A stretch of DNA of 64,000 nt from Pseudomonadota bacterium. GTDB lineage: Bacteria; Pseudomonadota; Alphaproteobacteria; Caulobacterales; Hyphomonadaceae. A program made the translations under genes and the position numbers. Under the pieces are notes generated by a model that was given only the letters and a program-made list of their open reading frames with translations, did not search any database and was not told the DNA's origin. Position 1 is the stretch's first letter. Each line of letters begins with the position of its first letter. The stretch covers positions 23,353 through 87,352 of the forward strand of contig JBCCXW010000001.1 in assembly GCA_039191105.1 (NCBI GenBank), in the 5' to 3' direction. This document shows positions 56,736 to 64,000 of the stretch, in pieces.

Positions 56736-58667
56736 GTGATGAGTGCTTATCCAGATGCATTGTCGTCCGGCGACGTGGTCGGTGAAATCGTAGTCGGGGA
56801 CGTTATTGGGCAAGGCGGCTTCGGGATCGTCTACGAAGCACGCCACCCCGAGTATGGAGATATCGCGCTAAAGGAGTTTTTTCCGAAAGCCGTTGCAAGC
56901 AGGTCTTCGAGCGGGCGTCTCGTTCCGTCCGGTCCGGATCGAACCGCAGCTTTCGAAAAGGGCGTCGCCCGACTGATCGAAGAGGGCGAAAAGCTTCGCG
57001 GGCTGGACCATCCGGGCATTGTTCGGGTGTTCGACATTGTTCAGGACAACGGCACCGCGTATTTGGCGATGGAGCGCGTGGCGGGGCCGACGCTTCAGAA
57101 GCTGGTGGACGACAAACTCGCGCGCCTTGACGCTCGCTTCGTTCGAGATTTTTCCGAACAGCTGGTGTCAGCGCTCAAGCACATCCACGACAGAGATCTG
57201 ATCCATCGCGATATCGCGCCCGACAATATTCTTTGCGCCCAGGACGAAGACGGGTCGTGGCGCTTTGTGTTAGTTGATTTCGGCGGTGCGAAACGTCTCG
57301 TCGTCGACATGTCGCGGACATCGACGACGACCCTTGTGAAGACGGGCTATTCGCCCGTAGAGCAATATAGTCGTGAAGACGGCGACGGGCTTAAGCCGGG
57401 CGCTTGGTCAGATATTTATGGCGCGTCGGCCGTTCTGTACTGGCTCGCGACGGGCTCTCCGCCCGAGGATTCCGTGGCGCGCGGCGCGAAAGACACGCTC
57501 ATTCCCGCCCGGAAAGCGGCGAAGCCGGGGTTCGCGAAGGGATTCCTAGACGCAGTTGATTGGGGTTTGGAAGTGCGCGCGGATAGGCGCCCGCAGACCG
57601 TGGTGCGCTGGCGGGACGCGCTTCGCGGCGATAGGAAACGCCCTAAACCCGGCAGGTGGTCTAGGCGCATCGCCGCTGTGCTTTTGTTTTCTATGGTGTC
57701 GGCGGGCGGTGCGTTTGCTTATTTCTATCTACAGAATCCGGACGCCGTTTCGGCTCGGCTCAATGATTGGCTTCCACTCGATCGGGCGCGAGCGGAGGAT
57801 CGCGACTATTGGGCGGCATCGGGCTGCACGACGAGCCGTGCTGGCTGCACCGCGTATCTAAGTCGCTATCCTGACGGCGAGTTTGCCGACAACGCGAGAA
57901 ATCGCATCGCCGCATTCGACGTCGCGGAGGTCGACGCCGCTTTCCGATCCGCCGATACCGTCGTTGCTTGGAGAGCTTTTTTGGAGAATTTCCCAAATAG
58001 CAAATACGAGACGAGCGCGCTGGCGGCGTTGGCCGACGCCGAAGCCGATCAAGATCGCAATCGATGGGCCGCAACGAATACGTCGAGGAGAAGTTCGCTA
58101 GAGAGCTATCTGGATGAATACCCGAACGGCTTGTTCTCTAGGCGTGCGCGGGAGTTTTTGTCTGACATGGAATCGCGTGAAGAAGAAGAACGAGAACGCG
58201 CGCAGGCCGAAGCCAGCCGAGCGGCGGCTGAGGCGAGAAGTCGGGCTGTTTCAGTCCCCGCACCGCAGCCCGTTGTTCGTGAGCCAGTCTGTCGAACAGT
58301 TTATGACAATGAGCAGGTTTGCAACGATGTGACCCGATATCGTCGTGAATGTAACGACCAACGCGACGAAGAATACATCGACTACTCTTACTCCGACAGG
58401 TGGTATAGCCCTTTTGTAGTGTCTATATATGAAGCGGAACAAATATGCGAAGATCAGGCTGAGTCTAAACTTCTAAGGGGACTCAGAAATAGATGTGATG
58501 GCTCCGTCCGAGACGTAGATATTTACTGTAGCTGTTCTTCAAGCTCTCAAAGGTGCAGAGCCGAAGCGGACGCCACATGTGTAACGACGCGCGAAGTATG
58601 CCAGAACGTCCCCTATACGGATCGAGAGTGCCAAACGCAGCGCGTACCGCGGCAAGTCTGTGAATAG
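56736..58667 (+). CDS. Membrane Hanks-type Ser/Thr kinase with helical repeats and Cys-rich ectodomain
   Basis: GQGGFGIVY, ALKE, HRDIAPDN, DFG; TM near aa 312-333; three Y/FL..YP.G/S repeats; 12 Cys in the last 125 aa. Confidence 0.92.
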   Translation: MMSAYPDALSSGDVVGEIVVGDVIGQGGFGIVYEARHPEYGDIALKEFFPKAVASRSSSGRLVPSGPDRTAAFEKGVARLIEEGEKLRGLDHPGIVRVFDIVQDNGTAYLAMERVAGPTLQKLVDDKLARLDARFVRDFSEQLVSALKHIHDRDLIHRDIAPDNILCAQDEDGSWRFVLVDFGGAKRLVVDMSRTSTTTLVKTGYSPVEQYSREDGDGLKPGAWSDIYGASAVLYWLATGSPPEDSVARGAKDTLIPARKAAKPGFAKGFLDAVDWGLEVRADRRPQTVVRWRDALRGDRKRPKPGRWSRRIAAVLLFSMVSAGGAFAYFYLQNPDAVSARLNDWLPLDRARAEDRDYWAASGCTTSRAGCTAYLSRYPDGEFADNARNRIAAFDVAEVDAAFRSADTVVAWRAFLENFPNSKYETSALAALADAEADQDRNRWAATNTSRRSSLESYLDEYPNGLFSRRAREFLSDMESREEEERERAQAEASRAAAEARSRAVSVPAPQPVVREPVCRTVYDNEQVCNDVTRYRRECNDQRDEEYIDYSYSDRWYSPFVVSIYEAEQICEDQAESKLLRGLRNRCDGSVRDVDIYCSCSSSSQRCRAEADATCVTTREVCQNVPYTDRECQTQRVPRQVCE

Positions 58668-58793
58668 ATGAGTATCGGCGGAGCAAAGCTTACGAAGTCC
58701 GAAAACGAACCTCTCCAACGCGCTCGCGCTTTACGAAAAAGGGAATAAGCGCAATGAATTCAATCAACGGGTTGAGGAAAAGAGCGCGAGTTT

Positions 58794-61376
58794 ATGGCGC
58801 AGCGTTATGTTGCAAACACCAATGCGGACATTGTCGATGAGCCGCTAATTGGAACCGCCACCTGGCTGACGCCGCATCAGGTGGCGGAGCAATACCCCTA
58901 TGAGAACGGCGCGGTCTGGCTGGGCCGCAACGTAGACGACGAGCAAAGCCGCGTCGGCCGAGCCGACGATTCCCATGTCCTTTTGTGCGCAAAGACGCGC
59001 GCCGCCAAGGGCCGCTCGATCATCATTCCCAATCTCATCACCTGGCCGGGATCGCTCTTTTGCTATGACCCCAAGGGCGAGAACGCCTCGATCACCGCAC
59101 TCATGCGCGGCAATCCAAGCGATGGTCCTTCAGTCCAGGTCAACAAGCATCAAGGCCAGAACGTCGTCGTGCTGGACGCGCACCGAACCGCGTCCGTGCC
59201 TGATGCGCTGCGCGGTTATTTCAATCCGCTTGCCGAACTAGAGCCCAATGATCCGGCCACGCCGTCGCGGGTCGCCATTATCGCTGAATCCTGCGTCGCA
59301 AAGGAAAGCCGCACGGATACGACTTGGGATGAGAAGGCGGAGACCTTCATCAAGATATTGGCCTTACATATTTCCAGCTCGAAATTCGTGCCGGGCGATC
59401 AACGCGATCTGATCACGCTTCGGCGTTTTATCGTCGCCGGCGACGTCATCGCTCTGGAACACGTACGGGCGCATCTCTCCCCGGAGGAGCTTGAGGCTAA
59501 GCCTCCAGATCCCTTCGAAATGCTGATCTTGGCGATGCGTCAGAACACAGCCTATGGGAACATTATCGCCGACCAGGCTGAGAGCTATCTGGGCTCGTTG
59601 AAATCGCAGCCCAAGCTTTGGAACTCCATCCGAACATCGGCCGAGCAGCACACGGCTTGGATCGATGATCCGCAGCTTCGCGCCTGTTTGCGGTTGTCCG
59701 AGGACGGGCCGCAGCGGACGTTCCGCGCGGGTGACCTACAAAGCGCCCCTGAAGGGTTGAGCGTCTTTCTTTGCTTGCCGTCGTCGCAAAAAGAACCCCT
59801 AGCGGCGTGGCCGCGCATGGTCACCAATTTGATCCTCTCCGCAGCCCAGGAGCGCGGACACAAAGAGCCCGCAACTGGCTTTCAGACGCTGATGATGCTG
59901 GACGAGTTCGCGTCCCTCAAACGCATGCCGAAGATTGAAAGTGCGGCCGCCGACATCGCCGGCGCGGGCGTGAAATTGTTCTTCGTCGTCCAATCCTTGG
60001 TGCAGTTGAAGAATGTCTATGGAGAGGGCTGGGAGGCCTTTCTCTCATCGGCAGACACCCATGTGTATTATGGCTTCAACGACAATTTCACCGCCGAGTA
60101 TGTGTCGAAGCGGTTAGGTGAGATCGAGGTCATCCGAAAAATGCGCTCCGGCTCGAGCGCACAATCGCAAACCCGATCCGTGGCCGATCAAACCGGCGGA
60201 TCTAAGGGACAGACCCTGTCTTCGACGGAGGGGGTCTCTTCGAGCCTATCCGCGGCGCGCGGCGGCGGACGCGCCTCGACCTGGGGGTCGGTCTCCGGCC
60301 TAAATTCGACCACCGGCTGGGGGCCGTCTTTGGTGTTCCGTACTTTGGAGCGCAGCCACCAAGAGGGGCGGTCGTTTTCAAGAAGTAGAGGCGGGTCGCG
60401 GCAGAAGAATTGGACCAAGACCAAACAATCCGGGCGTTCCTCAACGAGCGGCAGTAGCACGTCGTACAGTGAAACCTGGTCGAGAACGTTGACCGAATCT
60501 GAAGCCAGCACCAACACCGACGGGTGGAGCGAGCAGCTGCACCGGAAACCTCTGGCCACGGTCAACGAGCTGATGACACTCTTCGCGTCGATCGATGATG
60601 CCGACAATCCGATTCATCCGGGGATTGCGCTTGTGTCTCCCGCGTCTGGGATCCCGTTTGTAGTTCACAAGGCATTTTATGATCGCGACTACGCCTTCAG
60701 GGGTACGTTCGAAGCCCACCCCAAACATGGCTTTCTGGCGCTCCCGCCGCCGCCCAAACGATATGGCCCAGAGCATTTCCAAACGCTCGCTCTCAAGCTC
60801 GAAGAAGGCGCGGTTCAGGTAAAGCTTCGCGACGGCTTAGCACCTGGAGATCTGATCCAAAAAGGACAGGATTTTCTGAGTGTTGTTGTCGGCGATGATG
60901 AACTCGATCAGTTCAAAGCGCCGTGCGATGCGCTGATCAGCTATAATTTTCCCCATTATCTACGAGCGCGTCTCGACGACGAGGTTATTGCGTTCGACGA
61001 CTATGAGGATTGCGCCCAATTTCAGGCCGAACACCCTGAAGCGGTCATGGAAAATGAAACACGGATTGTCGAGTTGAGGCTTGAAGAACCGGTTTCAAAA
61101 GAAGCGTGGAAAAAAATGATCTTGCCGCTGTTGGAATCCGCAATACTTGGTCAAGATATCTGGCGCGCCAATCGTGAATTGGGAAAGGCCGTTGTGGATG
61201 AAGAGTTGTCGGCTGGCTACTTCCATAACAAATGGCCGAACCCGGCTCTGTTCCGAAAAAATGAGCAGACGCGAGACCTTGAAAGACTTGAGGAGGTGAG
61301 ATTCCGACTTGATCAAGCTCGGAATACGCGGCGCGCTTTGGGCTATGACCACGTCAGAGCGGGCCGCAACGACTAG
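58794..61376 (+). CDS. VirD4/TraG-like coupling protein, atypical
   Basis: AKTRAAKGRSIIIPNL, YDPKGEN, MMLDEFASL, VVQSLVQL..YG, DNFTAEYVSKRLG. Confidence 0.85.
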   Translation: MAQRYVANTNADIVDEPLIGTATWLTPHQVAEQYPYENGAVWLGRNVDDEQSRVGRADDSHVLLCAKTRAAKGRSIIIPNLITWPGSLFCYDPKGENASITALMRGNPSDGPSVQVNKHQGQNVVVLDAHRTASVPDALRGYFNPLAELEPNDPATPSRVAIIAESCVAKESRTDTTWDEKAETFIKILALHISSSKFVPGDQRDLITLRRFIVAGDVIALEHVRAHLSPEELEAKPPDPFEMLILAMRQNTAYGNIIADQAESYLGSLKSQPKLWNSIRTSAEQHTAWIDDPQLRACLRLSEDGPQRTFRAGDLQSAPEGLSVFLCLPSSQKEPLAAWPRMVTNLILSAAQERGHKEPATGFQTLMMLDEFASLKRMPKIESAAADIAGAGVKLFFVVQSLVQLKNVYGEGWEAFLSSADTHVYYGFNDNFTAEYVSKRLGEIEVIRKMRSGSSAQSQTRSVADQTGGSKGQTLSSTEGVSSSLSAARGGGRASTWGSVSGLNSTTGWGPSLVFRTLERSHQEGRSFSRSRGGSRQKNWTKTKQSGRSSTSGSSTSYSETWSRTLTESEASTNTDGWSEQLHRKPLATVNELMTLFASIDDADNPIHPGIALVSPASGIPFVVHKAFYDRDYAFRGTFEAHPKHGFLALPPPPKRYGPEHFQTLALKLEEGAVQVKLRDGLAPGDLIQKGQDFLSVVVGDDELDQFKAPCDALISYNFPHYLRARLDDEVIAFDDYEDCAQFQAEHPEAVMENETRIVELRLEEPVSKEAWKKMILPLLESAILGQDIWRANRELGKAVVDEELSAGYFHNKWPNPALFRKNEQTRDLERLEEVRFRLDQARNTRRALGYDHVRAGRND

Positions 61377-62200
61377 AAATCATCATCCAGAATAGAGGCC
61401 GCCTTATCGATCCGCCTTTGAGTCTCGGCAGGGACGTCCGGTGCCACCTCAGGCCGGCCGGACTCGGGAGGCGGTGTTTTCACAATTGGGGGATCTGGGA
61501 GTTCGACTTTGGGTGGGCTGTTTTCTGCTGGTGTGGCGTTTTCGCGTGGCTCCGGAAAAAAGAAATAGTCTAGAGCTCCTTCGTCGCGGACCTTCGTTTT
61601 GATGTAGTCGAGCCAATAATTCGAAAGCTGCTTGGTTTTCGTTCCCTTCGGGCGATAACCTAAGATGATTTGAAGATTGATCCCGTAAAACGCACCATTT
61701 TCATACTCTCTTGCGCCCCACCCCGCCACGAGACCGGCGACCGGCATTGATAGAATCCTTGCTTCATTTTCAAACTCTAGCCGCAACGCCGGTTCATCAG
61801 AATCCAGGAAGTAAACGCCTTTTCCAAGCTGACGCGTATCCTTCAAGATCGCTTTTCCCTGGAGATCCGGGAAGGTCATATCGAAAGTCACATGGACAAC
61901 CATCTTTTCCTTCGCGAAGGTAACGTTCGCCGTATCGCGCTCGAACGCATCCTTCGGCCAGATTTCCAGCAAGAGGTATAGGTCATCAGACCAGTCACGA
62001 AGGGCTGGTTGTTTGGGAGTGCCGAATTCAAGTACAACGCCTTCGATTGGCGAGCGAATCGTCTTCTCGTCTCCGTTCTCAAGTATAGTTGCGATGGGAT
62101 CGCCGGCACTGACATAGCACCCCGCCTCGCTATGGTATTCCTTAGCGAGGATTCCGCCGCTACGGCTGTACTTGAATTGCCGGATTTTAAGCTCGATCAT
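61373..62200 (-). CDS. Hypothetical protein with two biotinyl/lipoyl-like segments and a Pro-rich tail
   Basis: YVSAGDPIATI...IRSPIEGVV and YFLDSDEPALRL...LSMPVAGLV; 4-nt overlap with the VirD4-like stop. Confidence 0.55.
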   Translation of the reverse strand: MIELKIRQFKYSRSGGILAKEYHSEAGCYVSAGDPIATILENGDEKTIRSPIEGVVLEFGTPKQPALRDWSDDLYLLLEIWPKDAFERDTANVTFAKEKMVVHVTFDMTFPDLQGKAILKDTRQLGKGVYFLDSDEPALRLEFENEARILSMPVAGLVAGWGAREYENGAFYGINLQIILGYRPKGTKTKQLSNYWLDYIKTKVRDEGALDYFFFPEPRENATPAENSPPKVELPDPPIVKTPPPESGRPEVAPDVPAETQRRIDKAASILDDDF

Positions 62201-62212
62201 CCGCGCGATGGC

Positions 62213-62650
62213 CTATATCGACTGCTGAAGATCGTCGCCGCGATCTTGCTCGTTTGCGGCTTCTTTGTCCTCGGCATTGTCGCGATAGCTTTGGAGCAGC
62301 GCCTGGTAATCGTCGGCGTTGGCCTGCTCGTCTTTCCACTTTTCGTCAAAGCCTTGGCGCTGCACCTCTTTGGTGCCTTCCAACTCGTAGGAAGGCGTGA
62401 GCTCGGCGCTAGCTGAATCGTCTTTGACCATTTGCGAGCCTCGACCCTTGGTCTCAGCTTCAGGCTCCTCCAGCTCGAGGTGTACGTAGGCGCGATGCGC
62501 TTCAGAGAAGGCTTTTTGAACGCCGGGATGCTCGTCGAGCACGGAGTCCTGGTCCGCCTCCAGCTTCACATTCCGCCCATAAGAGGTCGCCATGTCGCGC
62601 TCCAAACTCCGCTCTCCGCGCAGCCTAAGCGTGAAGTCTGAGAGAGTCAC
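62213..62650 (-). CDS. Acidic hypothetical protein with mobilization-protein-like tail
   Basis: RGSQMV.D...L.PS...R..F..KW..EQ; DDYQALLQSYRD plus acidic end; start uncertain. Confidence 0.55.
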   Translation of the reverse strand: MTLSDFTLRLRGERSLERDMATSYGRNVKLEADQDSVLDEHPGVQKAFSEAHRAYVHLELEEPEAETKGRGSQMVKDDSASAELTPSYELEGTKEVQRQGFDEKWKDEQANADDYQALLQSYRDNAEDKEAANEQDRGDDLQQSI

Positions 62651-62726
62651 GCGTGTATTCGATGCCGTGAAGTTTGCGTTTCAAAGACCGGATCTGGCAA
62701 AATAGACCAAGAAGAAAAGAGTAGAT

Positions 62727-63230
62727 TTGAAAGATACGAAAACCTCTTTTGATGAGGGTCGCTATCCTTTCACTTACATTCTGAACATACCCGCCGGCGG
62801 GCGAATAAAGGCCGCCGAGGTGAAGGAGACTTTGTCAGATATCGTAAGCTCCGAAGGGATCGATGCGCTCATCCTCTCACAATACACGCAAAACTCAGGA
62901 GGCGGCGTAACGGCCATCGGACTGGGCTTCACCCAAGAGGCCCATTATGGGCGCGTCATGGACCGGCTGGACGATGCGATCTATCGGCGAAACAAAGACC
63001 TCATCCATTGGGATGCGGACGCCGGCCAGCACTATCTGGGCCTTTATCGGGGACAAATCATGCGCGACGACGCGACGTCGCGTAGCGATCGCCGCGCATG
63101 GGGACGCGCGATCGAGCGGACGATCGAGCAGTGCGATGCGAAGCGCTTCCAAGCGCTTGCGGAATTGGAACGAGAGCGCTGCAGCGATGCTGCTCCGGAA
63201 GGGCTTCCAAGGCCCGGTGATTTGTCATAA
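62727..63230 (+). CDS. Hypothetical protein
   Basis: 167-aa ORF, TTG start, divergent from 62650; no family recognised. Confidence 0.45.
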   Translation: MKDTKTSFDEGRYPFTYILNIPAGGRIKAAEVKETLSDIVSSEGIDALILSQYTQNSGGGVTAIGLGFTQEAHYGRVMDRLDDAIYRRNKDLIHWDADAGQHYLGLYRGQIMRDDATSRSDRRAWGRAIERTIEQCDAKRFQALAELERERCSDAAPEGLPRPGDLS

Positions 63231-63804
63231 CGCCTGGCGCTCCGAGAATTATCAAAACCAAGACGTTATGGAACATCTCAATGCTATCAATGGCTTGGTC
63301 ATTTTCCGTAATTCTGATTTTCCAATTTGTGGAGACCTATTGGCCTGAAACAGGCTTAAATTGTTGATCTAATTGGAAAAGTGGGATTTTCGTAATGTAA
63401 ATTATCACTCATCGAAATAGTCAGTATACAGATAAATTTGCATTCCATAATTCGACTATGATATTTTGCTTGCTCCATTAGAAAATATGAGACGTGCGAG
63501 CCGAATTTGAAGCGCGACAACGGGAGATAGCCCCGGCCCCTGGAATGGAATTCAATCAACATCGAGAACAAAGCGATGAGGAAGCTTGGCGCTTGCTCGA
63601 GCAAGATCTGCAAGACAATCCGCACCTTTGGCAGTTGATCGACTATGAGGCGCTTGAATGAGACGCCTCGGACCCGAATTTAGAACGCAAAGTTCGAAAC
63701 TGCCGCCACGGCGCTCCGGCCATAAATTTGCGAGCTCGAAGTTTCAGCCGCGTGTGCGCTCGACAGTGAAGCATAAATTCAGAAGGCCGGACTGGCAGGC
63801 CTGA

Positions 63805-63999
63805 TCAATCGCTGAAATCTGAGAGCTGCCGGATGATCGCGGTCACCTCGATGACATCGCCGACGACTTCATAGCAGATCCAATGCTGCGCGACGCGGAA
63901 GGCTTGATGCCCGCTTGGAAGCGCCCGATCCGCCATTCCGATGCCTGGAAATCGGCGCAGCGACACAAAGCCTTGCCTCAGCTGGCCTTCATAATGGAA
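63805..63999 (-). CDS. parE: ParE/RelE-family toxin, 3' part (5' end outside window)
   Basis: Manual translation ...YEGQLRQGFVSLRRFPGIG...GHQAFRVAQHWICYEVVGDVIEVTAIIRQLSDFSD*. Confidence 0.75.
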   Translation of the reverse strand, partial: FHYEGQLRQGFVSLRRFPGIGMADRALPSGHQAFRVAQHWICYEVVGDVIEVTAIIRQLSDFSD

Positions 64000-64000
64000 C

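Larger units (their letters stand above)
49642..64000. mobile_element. Integrative mobilizable element, right end outside window
   Basis: int, xis, relaxase, mobC, oriT, VirD4-like gene; no mating-pair genes within the window. Confidence 0.75.

Noticed and set aside
63494-63661. 55-aa acidic plus-strand ORF (VRAEFEAR...IDYEALE), and overlapping minus ORF 63356-63625
   Set aside because: No RBS, an in-frame stop just upstream and no family match; cannot be supported as a gene.

Overview
Alphaproteobacterial-looking DNA made of three adjacent mobile units. (1) About 1-41058: a trb-type ICE of the ICEMlSym/Tn4371-like family, with its left end and integrase outside the window. It carries ardA, DUF736, an FseA-like activator, rdfS-traF-oriT-relaxase, traG-copG and trbBCDEJLFGI. 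Cargo blocks include a lipoprotein/CPBP operon, hipBA, and an S41 peptidase with a GlxA regulator. An 11.4-kb minus-strand cluster (29342-40760) is the strongest candidate for an undescribed system: sigma-like factor, HTH protein, IrrE-type metallopeptidase fused to a UvrD helicase and a degenerate nuclease, 2xUbl-E2 fusion, JAB-E1 fusion, DUF6527-like protein, and an SbcD/SbcC-like pair. (2) 41059-49646: a heavy-metal module (czcCBA-like RND pump, MerR regulator with two matching operators, CDF transporter) bounded by a 100-bp imperfect att-like direct repeat. (3) 49642 to the window end: an integrative mobilizable element whose left junction matches a tRNA-Gly 3' end. It has its own integrase, Xis, MOB_P relaxase, MobC and oriT, plus a TIR-FGE protein, a PP2C phosphatase, a membrane Ser/Thr kinase with a 12-Cys ectodomain, an atypical soluble VirD4-like protein, small proteins with relaxase-like C-terminal tails, and a partial ParE toxin. 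No complete tRNA, rRNA or CRISPR array was seen. All family assignments come from motif recognition by eye; no database search was run.
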